A stretch of 63,164 bases of DNA, filler included, from Octopus bimaculoides (lineage: Eukaryota): NCBI RefSeq assembly GCF_001194135.2. It is 3 parts of 3 records of this genome, joined end to end, with 100 filler letters (N's around TTAATTAATTAA, not from the genome) between each part and the next. Parts side by side here need not be neighbours in the genome. Positions count along the whole stretch, not along the records: positions 1 to 27,946 come from NC_068999.1; 2 more parts are not named here. One strand, given 5' to 3'. A model generated the notes under the pieces. The model ran no database searches, was not told the origin of the DNA, and saw only the letters and a program-made list of their open reading frames with translations. Below, piece after piece: positions 14,265-27,920 of this stretch. Numbering within the stretch: the stretch's first letter is position 1; every line of letters begins with the position of its first letter. A program made the position numbers and the translations under genes.

Positions 14265-14784
14265 GTCATTCTCATACACACATGCACGTATATGTATGCA
14301 TCGAAAGATTTTTTTGTGGCTTTGTGGAGATGAAATATATTTCGAATAATTTAGTTTTTTGGGTATAATTTCCATTTAATTTATACACAGAACTGTAGAA
14401 TTCGTTGCAGCAGCTTTATGGAACACAGCTAAAATGTACACAGCTGCTGCTGTTCATGCTGCGGTTACTTCCAATGTTAAAACTTGTTGGTTCTATCAAA
14501 GCATTCTGCTAATCACGATGTGGGTTCAAATGAAACGTTTTGAAGAGAATAAAAAACAAATACCTGTTTGATATTCTTGTATTCGTTTGATATTCTTGTA
14601 TTCTGAAGTCAAACAGGCAGACATAGAGAAACTCAATAAGATTTTTTTTTTTAAAAAGGGGAAAAGGAAAAAAACGGGAACAACTGCTAATGAAGGGAGA
14701 CAACAACTGTGAGATAAAGGAGAAAGCATAAGAGCAAAGAGCAACGCATAACATTTATTATATTGTTACTAACACTAACGTGTC

Positions 14785-15125
14785 GAGCTGGCAGAATCGT
14801 TAGCACGCCAGGCGAAATGCTTAGCGGTATTTCGTTCTGAGTTCAAATTCCGCTGAGGTCGACTTTGTCATCCTTTCAGGGTCGATAGATTGTGTACCAG
14901 TTGAGTACTGGGGTCGATGTAATCAAATTGCCCCTTCCCAAAATGTTTCAGGCCTTGTGCCTATAGTAGAAAAGAATCAATTTTTACGTTCTGGATTAAA
15001 ATTCCGCCGAGGACCACTTTGCGTTTCATCTTTCGAGGTCGATAAATTAAGTACCAGTTGAGCACTGAAGTCATTGTACTCGACTTATCCCCTCCCTCGA
15101 AATTACTAGCTTTGTGTCAAAAATT
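14785..15125 (+). mobile_element. Two tandem SINE family A copies
   Basis: GAGCTGGCAGAATCGTTAGCACGCC head, GAGTTCAAATTCC B-box-like motif, and centre TTTCATCCTTTCGGGGTCGATAAATTAAGTACCAG. Confidence 0.85.
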
Positions 15126-15236
15126 TGAGAATACTTTTGTTACTAACACTATGCGTTATCTTAAATCAAAGATAAACACTAACCGCAATGTTTTTCCTGC
15201 CATTAAAACCGGAAAAATATGTTAAGAAACTATATG

Positions 15237-15572
15237 AAACAAGAGCACTCAGAGAGCGCAAATCTCCGCCAAAGCAATACCAAGGTCTTCTCAGCGATTA
15301 ACCAGAGATGATTTTTTAAAATGAGAATATTTTAAATGAACCCAACCGCTCTTAAAAGTTAAGTAAAAACACCGGAAAAATAATACAAAATCCTTGTCCA
15401 GAACCGGATCGATCCCCAAATCTAATCAGTTCTTGCCAGTAACGAGGCCAAACATCCCTGAAAGTTTCATCCGAATCCCCATCAAGCGGTTCTTGAGATA
15501 TCTCGTCTACGGACAAACAAACAAACGCGAGTGAAAATAATACCGCCACCGTTGCTAAGGCGGACGTGATAA
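15237..15572 (+). mobile_element. Helentron-type non-autonomous element (HINE/DINE-1-like)
   Basis: AACAAGAG start, 5' sub-terminal CTCCGCC, internal AAAGTTTCATCCGAATC...GGTTCTTGAGATATC, (CAAA)n tract, and a 3' hairpin CCGCC-N11-GGCGG. This layout is typical of HINEs as recalled. Confidence 0.65.
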
Positions 15573-18045
15573 CGCAACGAAATAATGTTCATAAACTATA
15601 GAAAATCTAGGCGTTCTCCTAATATCAATACCTATAGTTCTGACTGTAAAATATCAGCGTGGTGTTGACTTCATATTAAAACAATATAGCAATGTTTGAG
15701 GCCAACGATCGCTGCTTTCTGCACAACCCATACCAAATGATTATACTTGGAATTTCATATGAATCGCAATATAATCGCTTGGTATCATAACGCATTCATT
15801 TTCAATGATATTTTTAAAGAACATCTGTATTTCTTCAGCATATAATATATTAACATTTTTTTTCATACAATAAAAAAGAAACACACACACATAGGCATAT
15901 GCTATAATGTGCCACCCTGAGGCATAAGAGTAACGTGTGCATATCTCCAGCTGAAGATACAAAAGTGTGCATAAATTCGGGTAGATGACGTTATGTTTGA
16001 TTTGCTATAATTAATGAGATACGTGAGGAGCGGGATTTCTGTAGCCTGATGGGATTTAAATAACACTGAAATACATACATACAGACATACATACATTTCT
16101 CTCTCTCTCTCTATCGCTCACTCCCTCTCTCTGCCTATACATGCATAAATACTTACATATATACATACATATACATTTATATACATATATATATATGTAT
16201 ACAGTTATATATGTATATATATTTACATACATGGGTATAAATATATATATGTATATATATATATATATATATATGAATGTATGTATATACCGATATATAC
16301 ATGTATATACACATACACACATATATATATATATACATATACATATACGTATATATAGAGAGAGAGGTAGCGAGCTGTATAGATATAGGTATATACATAC
16401 TTTGACACGAAAAGCTGCAGAGGTCGAATATATCGTACAGATTATTAGTAGTAGAGGAAATAGATGCTGAATCTGGTATTAAGAGCTGAAATTTCTATAG
16501 ATTTGGAACCATTCCAGCAATCCATGTCGTATCGGAAGTCAAAGCATTCATACATTTCTTTGCGTGAATAATTTCTTTCATAATATTTCTTTGCTTTGAA
16601 AGAAGAAAAAAAATATATATCAGGAAAAAAAAATTCATGAATATGTGATACAAATTCATGTGTATGTGTGTGTGCATATACATATATATATATATATGAG
16701 TGTGTGCATGTGCATGTATTATATCTATATATACATACTTATGTATGTATATATACATATATATACATATACATATACATACGCACGCACACACATGCNN
16801 NNNNNNNNNNNNNNNNNNNNNNNNNNNNNNNNNNNNNNNNNNNNNNNNNNNNNNNNNNNNNNNNNNNNNNNNNNNNNNNNNNNNNNNNNNNNNNNNNNNN
16901 NNNNNNNNNNNNNNNNNNNNNNNNNNNNNNNNNNNNNNNNNNNNNNNNNNNNNNNNNNNNNNNNNNNNNNNNNNNNNNNNNNNNNNNNNNNNNNNNNNNN
17001 NNNNNNNNNNNNNNNNNNNNNNNNNNNNNNNNNNNNNNNNNNNNNNNNNNNNNNNNNNNNNNNNNNNNNNNNNNNNNNNNNNNNNNNNNNNNNNNNNNNN
17101 NNNNNNNNNNNNNNNNNNNNNNNNNNNNNNNNNNNNNNNNNNNNNNNNNNNNNNNNNNNNNNNNNNNNNNNNNNNNNNNNNNNNNNNNNNNNNNNNNNNN
17201 NNNNNNNNNNNNNNNNNNNNNNNNNNNNNNNNNNNNNNNNNNNNNNNNNNNNNNNNNNNNNNNNNNNNNNNNNNNNNNNNNNNNNNNNNNNNNNNNNNNN
17301 NNNNNNNNNNNNNNNNNNNNNNNNNNNNNNNNNNNNNNNNNNNNNNNNNNNNNNNNNNNNNNNNNNNNNNNNNNNNNNNNNNNNNNNNNNNNNNNNNNNN
17401 NNNNNNNNNNTATATATATATATATACATATATATACATATACATATACATACGCACGCACACACATGCACACAAATACTCGCGTATTGGCATACAGACT
17501 TTGTAGACGTACGGAAGACACACACACACGCAATCACTCATATATGTTCTTGTTCATAGTATTCCATAACTGAAAGTTTCCTAAGCCTTAAAGTTTCCTA
17601 AGCCTTGTAATAAATCATATCTTTCTATTTCTTTCTACTTTAGCAAGCAGAGGATTCCAACGAGTAAGTGAACGATTCATTACCTATATACTCTTAATCA
17701 TCCTTTTTTGATATTGTGTTCCTTCCCTTTTGTTGTTTCACAATTTTGTCGTTTGAATTTTATCGGTTATGTTTTTTTCACCAAATTTACACTAATGTAA
17801 CATTTTAAAATCGCAACAACTGCTTCGCTTTGCACTCATTATTGAATTTTGCACATTCCTTTTTAACGAAAACAAGGTATTTAATATTTGCAACCGGAAA
17901 TTTTAGAAATGTAAGAAAGAATAAATATCAAGAAATGTTTAGGCTGTTGGGCATCTTGAGCAAATGCTCTCTCTAATAGCCAGGTGCTTACTAATGTCTT
18001 GTGGGTGAAGTTGGTCAACAGAAATATTTTAGAATCGTTGACCTG

Positions 18046-18118
<73 letters not shown>

Positions 18119-18119
<1 letters not shown>

Positions 18120-18145
18120 ACGAGGGTTGTATGAAAAGTTTTGCG
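18119..18145 (+). mobile_element. Isolated mariner-type TIR remnant
   Basis: TA|CGAGGGTTGTATGAAAAGTTTTG immediately after (CA)n. Confidence 0.5.
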
Positions 18146-19039
18146 CCTTCAAGGCCTTTGAGGCTTGGAATCTTGTACCTTCATAAGAAGTCTTGTACCA
18201 TGTTTTTTTTTTAAATAATTGTAATCAACCAGCGGTTCGACAAAAGTAACCTATAGAATAAGTACTAGGTTTGAGAAAAAGAATAAGTGTTGCGTGCGGT
18301 CGAGTCAATGAATAATAATGAAAGCTTTCAAGGTGGTGCTCCAGCATGGCCGTAGTTTAATAACTGAAACAAATATAAGATGAAAAAACATGAAATAACC
18401 CACTTGCAAGCAAATCAGCCTGCCGTCCAACTAACCAGACAGCTAGCAAACCTACCACTCAGCCAGCCACCCAGTCAAACTAGCAGTAAACCTACCACCA
18501 AGCCGGCCAACCAACCATCTAGCCATTAACCAGCCGGCAAACCTACCAACCAGCCATCAGTCATAGCACTTCCACCATCTCTTTAACTTTGGAACTGTCC
18601 GTCTAAGTTATGTGTGATAATCTTGGCTCTTATATATAATACAACCAGAGGGGCCGAGATGTTTTTGGATTAGATTGATAAAGATGACGTTCTAATGAGA
18701 TCCTAGACGAGGTTAGTTACATCTGTGGCCTCTATGAAAGAACCAGATGCGGCCGCGGGCTAAATAGAAAGTATTATTTCTGAGTATGGCTTCATAACAA
18801 ATTAGTCCGTCTTTGTGTGTTTTTGACGAGTGTGTGATTTGATAGCTGTTGTGTATGTCTGTGTATATGTATTTGTGCTTCTGTTTGTGTTTGTGTTTCT
18901 TTGTGTTTGTTGTTGTATGAGTGTGTGTGTGTGTGTGGGGGAATGGGGAGAAGGGGAGAGAGCGGGACAAAGAGGGAGAGGAGAGATAGAGACAGAGAAA
19001 CAGAGAGAGTGGGTTTGAGTGCTTGTTAGGGTATATTAC

Positions 19040-19565
19040 GTGAAAGGAAGAAAGGAGTGTGAGAGAAAGAAAGAGAGAGAGAGACAGAGAGAGACAGAGA
19101 GAGACAGAGAGAGACAGAGAGAGAGAGGGGGGACAGTGAGAGGGTGGAGAGAGGGAGATGAAGGAGACAGAGGAAGGAAGAAGGAGAAGAGAGACAGAAA
19201 GAGACATATATAGAGAGGAGGGAGAATGAAAGAGAGGTGAAAGAATGTGATATAAAGAAAGAGAGAGAGAGAGTGAAAGAGAAAGAGAGAGAAAGCAAAG
19301 GAAAATGTCTCCTTGGTGTGTATGAGAGAGAGACAGCGAGCGAGAGAGAGCAAGAGAGAGAGAGAGACATATAGATAGAAAGACAAATATACATAGAATG
19401 TTAGAGAGAATGAAAAAGAAAATGTCTGCTTTGTTGTGTACACGAGAGAGAGAGAAAGAGAGAAAGAAACAAGCAGACAGACAAACGGACAGTCAGACAT
19501 AGATAGACATACGGATACACAGAGAATGTGAGAGGGAAGGCATTCTCTGGGAGAGAAAGAGCTAG
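19040..19565. repeat. Long purine-rich (GA)n-like low-complexity tract
   Basis: Seen directly; it explains the SLSL-type ORFs on the minus strand. Confidence 0.9.
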
Positions 19566-19829
19566 AGAACTAGAGTGCGTTTGCGCGAAATAAACACGAA
19601 GAGTCGAAGAATAATACTTGGAGAGGAAGACCAGCTTAGAATGGTCTGTGGAGATGTACTTCCATTTCCACACGACTTCGTATTTTCTTTTATTTTTTGT
19701 AGACATTTTTTCCTTAGAATAAAAGTTTCATAAATAACATATTTTCATATATAATATTTATATACATTCGTTTAGTTTGGTTTGAAACGTCTATAAATGC
19801 TGTAGTCGTTGATTTTATCCTGATTTGGA

Positions 19830-20030
19830 GAGCTGCCAGAATCGCTAGCACGCCGGGCGAAATGCTTAGCAGCATTTAGCCCGTGTTCACGATCTGAGTT
19901 CAAATTCCGCCCAGGTCGACTATGCATTTCATCATTTCGGGGTCGATAAAATAAGTGCCTGTTGAGTACCGGGATCGATGTAAGCGACATGCCACCTCCC
20001 ACGAAATAGTGCCAAAATCTCTGTTCCAAA
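19830..20030 (+). mobile_element. SINE family A
   Basis: Same head, B-box and centre as the 14785 copy; CpGs retained. Confidence 0.85.
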
Positions 20031-20544
20031 ATCTGACATAAAATTATTTGCAGACAAAAAAATCACAATGCTTGTCTTGGTAACGTATCTGCCAGTATTA
20101 CGGATTCAGAAAGTTTAACTATGAGACGATATTAACTCATTAATTGCCAAATTGTTTCATTCACTACTTTTCTGGATTTGCCAGGCGTCTTAGGAGTTAA
20201 AATAATATATAGTATTTAAATTTTCTTCATATGTGAATTATTTTGGAAAGTATGATAAATTTTTCGAAAAGTCCCAAATGGGGATCGCTGAAAAAAAGCA
20301 TATCTATTCTTTTCTGTTCAATTATAATAATAAACAATTTAGTTTTTTGGGGACTATAATATCAAATATGAATATTCATGAAATATCAGTGAATGATATA
20401 GATGGGAAATGCCCAAAAAAATTTTTTTAAGTTTTGATAATAATCAATATTTATTTAGCTTAAAAATTGCGATTTATGACGTAAAATGTCTTCTAGAATT
20501 AGCGAGAGCTAATAATCTTGTCTATTATATTCACAAGACCCGAA

Positions 20545-20660
20545 ATTTCATGGGGAAGGGGGCCAGTCGATTAGATCGACACCAGTACGCTACTGGTACT
20601 TAATTTATCGACGCCAAAAGAATGAAAGGCAACGTCGACCTCGGCGGAATTTGAAGCCAG
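20545..20660 (-). mobile_element. SINE family A, partial
   Basis: Reverse complement of the A centre and tail. Confidence 0.75.
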
Positions 20661-22547
20661 AGCTAATAATGACAAAATTTAACTTCTCAATATTATTAAA
20701 CACATCTCTACAAGTGCAATATACATAAGCAATTCACTTTATATACAACGGACGACCGGTAATGAGACTGTTTTTAGCAGATCCCAAAATGGGGCCCATG
20801 GCAAGCAATGGCTTAACAGAATAAAAGAAACGAAGGAATTCTTGAACCTAAAATAATACGTTTGAGTGTTACGTAAGGATGAACCGACATTGATTTTTAA
20901 AATATAAATGAAACAATATGACGAAGCTACATAAATGTTTGTCTCACAGTAGAAGTATCCTTTTATTTTTTTCTTTTACTCATTTTTTTTTCTGTCTTAG
21001 ACACCTCACTGCGCCCATGCTGCGGCACTGCCTTGAAGGCTGTTTAGTCGATGAATTCGACACCAGGATTTACTTATCCTAATACACTCATCCCATCGGT
21101 CTGTAGAGAAGCTGTACGCATACAAACACACATATTTACATACATACATACATACATACATGCATGCATGCATAATTACACACACACACGCACACATACA
21201 CACACATCTATACACATACACATATATTATTCATAAGATACGGAAGACAGAAGATACGAGAGTTTTCATTGATCACTACAATCGTTTCGACCCATCTAGC
21301 ATTGCTTACACGCGGAGATCCACCTAAACAACTTGTACCGTATCTCACCCCGATGGATCAATGCTATATATATATATATATATTATTAATTGAAATAAAG
21401 AAATTGATCTGCTCTCTCTGGAAGCGGAAATCATATTAATTTATTAAGAATTTATATTCTAAATTATTCATTATGCCTTTATTCGTCCACTTTGTTAAAA
21501 TAAACTCCCATTGGGCGATATGTAAGTATGTATGTATGTATGTATGAATATATACACGTGTGTGTGTATATATATATATATATAAATATATATATATANN
21601 NNNNNNNNNNNNNNNNNNNNNNNNNNNNNNNNNNNNNNNNNNNNNNNNNNNNNNNNNNNNNNNNNNNNNNNNNNNNNNNNNNNNNNNNNNNNNNNNNNNN
21701 NNNNNNNNNNNNNNNNNNNNNNNNNNNNNNNNNNNNNNNNNNNNNNNNNNNNNNNNNNNNNNNNNNNNNNNNNNNNNNNNNNNNNNNNNNNNNNNNNNNN
21801 NNNNNNNNNNNNNNNNNNNNNNNNNNNNNNNNNNNNNNNNNNNNNNNNNNNNNNNNNNNNNNNNNNNNNNNNNNNNNNNNNNNNNNNNNNNNNNNNNNNN
21901 NNNNNNNNNNNNNNNNNNNNNNNNNNNNNNNNNNNNNNNNNNNNNNNNNNNNNNNNNNNNNNNNNNNNNNNNNNNNNNNNNNNNNNNNNNNNNNNNNNNN
22001 NNNNNNNNNNNNNNNNNNNNNNNNNNNNNNNNNNNNNNNNNNNNNNNNNNNNNNNNNNNNNNNNNNNNNNNNNNNNNNNNNNNNNNNNNNNNNNNNNNNN
22101 NNNNNNNNNNNNNNNNNNNNNNNNNNNNNNNNNNNNNNNNNNNNNNNNNNNNNNNNNNNNNNNNNNNNNNNNNNNNNNNNNNNNNNNNNNNNNNNNNNNN
22201 NNNNNNNNNNNNNNNNNNNNNNNNNNNNNNNNNNNNNNNNNNNNNNNNNNNNNNNNNNNNNNNNNNNNNNNNNNNNNNNNNNNNNNNNNNNNNNNNNNNN
22301 NNNNNNNNNNNNNNNNNNNNNNNNNNNNNNNNNNNNNNNNNNNNNNNNNNNNNNNNNNNNNNNNNNNTCTATCTCTCTCTCTCTCTATATATATATATAT
22401 ACATATATAAATATGTATATATATGTATATATATATATGTACACACACGTATGTTTGTGCATATATATACATATATACATATATATATGTATATACATGC
22501 ACACACACACATACCCACACACACACATACACACACACACATACACG

Positions 22548-22581
<34 letters not shown>

Positions 22582-22964
22582 CATACACCGGCATGGACGT
22601 ATACAAGTAAACACAACAAATCTAGTACACATATGCAATAGGTGGTGTTCATACTTGCGAACACACGCATGCATGCATAAATATGCATGCACACTAACAA
22701 ACACACCGATACACACGCTGGAGCAATTATGCATATATAACCGCATGCAAGCAACTAATTATAATTGCATGCATCTGGATTGGTACATATCATTATAAAC
22801 ATGATAGAAATGCTTACACACACTGGCACACACAGGCCCACACAAGCACACGCACACGCACATGCACCTTAAACACACACACACGCACATGCACCTTAAA
22901 CACACACGCACGTATACACAAACAGACATACACATATCATGTCAGAAATTTTAACCTCAAATTT

Positions 22965-23165
22965 TCGCACAAGGCCGGCAATTTCGAGGTAGGGGCTAAG
23001 TCGACTACATCGATCTCTGTGTTTGACTGGTACTTAATTTATCGATCATAGAAGGATGAAGGGCATAGTTGACCTCGGCAGAATTTGAACTTGGAGCATA
23101 AACATGAGCGAAATGCTGCTAAGTATTTTTACCCCGGCGTGTTAACGATCCTGTCAGGTCGCCGC
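22965..23165 (-). mobile_element. SINE family A
   Basis: Reverse complement of the full A layout. Confidence 0.8.
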
Positions 23166-24129
23166 TTTGTATCGAGCCACAGAGAATGGCTTTCTATATC
23201 TAATCTGTTTCTTTATGTTCCGAATTGAAATACTAACAAGCGCCACTTTGAAGCCCCATCCCTCCGGAGATCGAGGCAATACAGTACTAGAGTCAGTAAA
23301 CTAGATTAACCTTTGTTACTTAATTGCTGACTTTATTCGTTATTCAGAAACAATTATCATTAATGTTAAGCAGTCATTAGGGTGTCGAACATACTGAATC
23401 ATTGTAATGACTTGCGAAATTCTTGGCGGCATTTTCTTTCGTCATTTCCTTCTCAGTCCAAATTCTTCCGAGGTCGGCTTTACCTATATCTTCTCGGGAT
23501 CGATAAAATAAACACCAGTTGATCACTACGGTCTGTATAATTGACTTAACCCCATCCACGAAACTACTGGGCTTTTTCAAAATGTGAGTTGGTATAGATT
23601 TGGAGAAAGGGTTAATGGAAATGTTTCTAGCTCTTAATATTCTGATTTCAAATCTTGCCGAGATCAACTCTTCTTTTTATCCCTCTGGTTTCAATAAACA
23701 TATCAGTTACGCGATTTGCTACAAATCCCTAAATTATTATTATGTTCTGCATGCACTCGTTCAATACCTGAGCATTGCGAATTTGTAATATACGTTTAAC
23801 TCCTGCAGACGCAGGTAGGACACGATTGAGACTAATGTGAAAATCGTCCCATCGACTCCTTTTGTCTAGTAAGGACGGACAGTGTTTACCTGCCTAGCGT
23901 CCTCCGTTTGTCGTATTTCTCACGTCAGTAAATAAACTAATTATCAGTTAAATGAATTGTTCCCAATTGAGAAATTATTATTCAATTTCTTATTTTCATT
24001 GCACGTTTCCTGTGTAGATTAAAAGTGGAGCTATGTTGGCCTTTACTATATCTAGTATTTTCTTGTGGTTTTCTATTTTCTCATGTACTAAAAATATTCC
24101 GTTTTATGTGCACCGTCTAGCAATGCTGA

Positions 24130-24265
24130 TTTCTCCGTCATGCATATCAGGAAGTCACGTGGCATTTGTCACGCAACTGCTTGCATGCATTTTTTTCTAA
24201 CCATTCCCGAAGCTCCTCTAATTATGGTGATTGGTTGTCTTTTAGATGCCACTTCCTGGCTAGCT
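24130..24265. promoter_or_regulatory. Candidate promoter/enhancer motif cluster
   Basis: AGGAAGTCACGTGG (ETS-like site overlapping a GTCACGTG E-box), GATTGG (reverse CCAAT) and CACTTCCTG (reverse ETS) within about 120 bp of unique CpG-containing DNA. Confidence 0.3.
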
Positions 24266-25730
24266 CTCTCTTTACGTAACTTTTTACTATTCATTTTTTG
24301 AATATTTTTAGAATATTTTTTGTTTCGTTCTTCATTATCGGTTGTTAAAACTGATATTTCATTTACTCCTAATCGTCCTCTATTTCTATTTCTACACCCT
24401 AGGGTATGATCTGTTTATCGTTCTCTCTGACCTTTTCTAGCGAAGATTTAGATAAACATTTTTCCGTTGGTACTTCATAATCAGTATCATTATAAATTCC
24501 ACCTGTACTTTGGAGTACGCTAGTCAGCAAGGTCACACCACTAGATTTCATCGGCTGCAGTTTTCTATACATTCCATCACGCGATATAGGCATCTCTGGT
24601 ATCGTTTATAAATGTTCTATGCGTGGAAAATGTTGGTTTTCCTCTCTTTATTTTCCTCGCTGGTGGAGACTGTTTGAAAGTTGTTATAGAATGGGATTGT
24701 TTCTGGTAGCCGAAGTATGAGGTCTGCTTGCTGTAAACTTTGTTCTACGATAATTTCGTTATCTCTTTTGATTTCCGCTTTCTTTGGAATGGCTTTCGAA
24801 AGATCACATAACTGACGTGCTACGTGATCTTGCCAGTACGTTCGAATAATTTTCAAGCACATTTGGGGAATACATCTACCATTCTCTCGATGTTCACGTT
24901 GTTCAAGTAACAAATAGGACGCATTTTAACTCCCCTGTCGATATATTCTCTCTTGTGAAAACAGAGATTTTTAAAATAAAAAGCCTTTATTAATTGACCA
25001 ACACTAAAACTTCAAACGCAATTGCAGTTTGCCTTTTTGCTTAGATAGACATAGCACTGAAGTCATAAACATATCACTTTCTCTGCGCTTGGTGAGAGTT
25101 AAGAAGAATATGAGGGGCATTTTCTGAAGGCTTCGTTCCTTATACAGAAGAGAAAGCGCTACATCTCAATATTGATGTATTTTGAAAATGGCCGCATTTA
25201 GTCAGATATAGACTGCATGTAACAAGTTCCTTTGTCTAGTTTCTTATTTTTTATATAGGATAAAGTAAAGCTACCTGCGAAAAAAAGCGTTCTGTCATAC
25301 ATACATACACACATGCATACACACACATATATACATATATACATACACACACATATAGATACGTGTGCGTGTATGCATTCCACTCATATANNNNNNNNNN
25401 NNNNNNNNNNNNNNNNNNNNNNNNNNNNNNNNNNNNNNNNNNNNNNNNNNNNNNNNNNNNNNNNNNNNNNNNNNNNNNNNNNNNNNNNNNNNNNNNNNNN
25501 NNNNNNNNNNNNNNNNNNNNNNNNNNNNNNNNNNNNNNNNNNNNNNNNNNNNNNNNNNNNNNNNNNNNNNNNNNNNNNNNNNNNNNNNNNNNNNNNNNNN
25601 NNNNNNNNNNNNNNNNNNNNNNNNNNNNNNNNNNNNNNNNNNNNNNNNNNNNNNNNNNNNNNNNNNNNNNNNNNNNNNNNNNNNNNNNNNNNNNNNNNNN
25701 NNNNNNNNNNNNNNNNNNNNNNNNNNNNNN

Positions 25731-25783
<53 letters not shown>

Positions 25784-26979
25784 TACACACATACTTCCTC
25801 GTCACCTTGCTGCTATGGGAACTGTAGATAACACACCAGGTCGAAGCATCATTTGGAATTTCTCGATGGATCAAGTGAAGACTTTGAAAGCCCTGCAGCT
25901 GATGACAGTAACTAAAAACTCTTTTTGAAAAATAATATTATTGTATTATACAAATATTAGAAAACTTCACTTTAAAGCCAGCCAACATACAAGCTTGTAA
26001 GCCATAGCTAGGAAATCTGCAACACATTAGACTTAATCATCTTAAAAGAAAGGAAGCACAAATCGGATAATATGATCTTAGATAGACATATTTTTCTGAT
26101 TTTACATATTTTTATTTCTTGAAATATTTATTTTTTTCTTATAAAATTTTATCGGAAATCCAATAGAAAAAATGGCCAATAAGATGTATTTCTAGCAGAA
26201 AGAAAGATATATTCATACATACATACATACATACATATATACATACATACAAATAAATAAATAAACAAATAAATAAATAAACATATTTAGTCATGCTTCA
26301 GGCTCGAATATCTTTGATCATTCAACTCTCAGATAAAGACTGACCTGCAGTGAAAACCAAAGATAAATAAATAAATGAATAAAAAAAAATAAATACATAA
26401 AACTAATGATATTAACTTAAATATAAATAAATTTATTATGTAATTTTGTTTCGTATTTTCTAAACAAATAGATTTAACAGTTGAAAGCAGGAAAAGCCTC
26501 AATGAAAATTTGATATATAATTTTACATTATCGCTAATATAAATCGCAACATATTACTCATATAATTCACAAATTAATAATATTAACAAGCACGTACATT
26601 TTATATAACATTATTTATATTTCTATATCATTTGCGTGATACAATAATGTACATATATATACACACATGCATACACACATACATATATATATATGTGTGT
26701 CTGTGTGTATTATTTATTATTTATATGGTACAATATTATATCATATATTCCATTGTATTTTGTTGCATACAAATTGTTCAGTTCTGCAACCCCGTTTTTT
26801 TTTTTTAATCTTTGGTATAAAATATACAATATTCCCTAAGCTGCAATTAACTGCATATAAACACATAACTAATTTTAAAAAGCTTCTTGCGTTGATCGGA
26901 AATTAATTTGTGGGAAAGCATTAAACGAACGACAATAAACACCAACAGCAATATTATCATCACCATCGTGACCATACTA

Positions 26980-26997
26980 CCATTATTATTATTATTA

Positions 26998-27059
<62 letters not shown>

Positions 27060-27105
27060 GTTNNNNNNNNNNTATTATTATTGTTATTATTATCATTATT
27101 ATTGC

Positions 27106-27172
<67 letters not shown>

Positions 27173-27175
27173 TTT
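26980..27175. repeat. (ATT)n microsatellite with a small gap
   Basis: Seen directly. Similar AAT/ATT runs occur at 13908-13977, 27748-27783 and elsewhere. Confidence 0.95.
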
Positions 27176-27746
27176 ATTAAGAGAAAAATCAACAATAATA
27201 GTAATATATTATAATGTAGTAAGCACGTGTGAGGGCGTTTGTTTGATACAAATGTATGTGGGAAGGAAGTATAGCCCACATGTTTGGAAATGTGAAGGTT
27301 AGACAAATGGTAAAAAAAGAAACACTAAATAAAAGATATTAAGATATTGACACTACACAAAAAAACAGAAAGTTAGTTTGTACGTGCTTCCGTATGTTTT
27401 CAGTGGCTATTGTTTTTAGTCACTTACATATATGTTTATCTTAATTGTGTGTGCTTATGTCATGAATCTATGTATGCGTGTATTAATATACGTACGTACT
27501 TATGCACATGTGCATGTTTGTAAGTATACCAGCATGTACGTGCGTATAATGTGTTTAATACTCTTGGAGAAAAAAAAAATAGTAAATACTTGAAATGCTT
27601 GTTTGTAAAATAAATGTTTTAAAATAGCTAACAAGTAACAAAGAGACAACAAACGAAATAAACAAAAACACAACAATCATTATCATCATCGTCGTCATCA
27701 TTATCGAAAATATTGCAAAACAGGAACAAGAAAATCAATAACGAAA

Positions 27747-27784
<38 letters not shown>

Positions 27785-27920
27785 CCTTTCTACTACAGGC
27801 ACAAGGTCTGAAATTCGGGGGAGGTGGATAGTCGATTAGATCGACTCCAGTACGCAACTGGTACTTAGTTTATCGACCCCGAAAGGATGAAAGGCAAAGT
27901 GGACATCGGCGCAGTTTGAA
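27785..27920 (-). mobile_element. SINE family A (CpG-retaining)
   Basis: Reverse complement of the A centre and tail, abutting (AAT)n. Confidence 0.85.

Noticed and set aside
16750-17470. Same ~45-bp sequence on both sides of gap 16799-17410
   Set aside because: More likely an unmerged contig overlap or allelic difference than a true duplication.
21235-21520. Possible Penelope-type terminal repeat with a hammerhead ribozyme (CGAAAC on the minus strand)
   Set aside because: No CUGAnGA core with a stem II could be placed. The CTGATGA-CGAAA at about 12790-12810 (minus) also lacks stem II.
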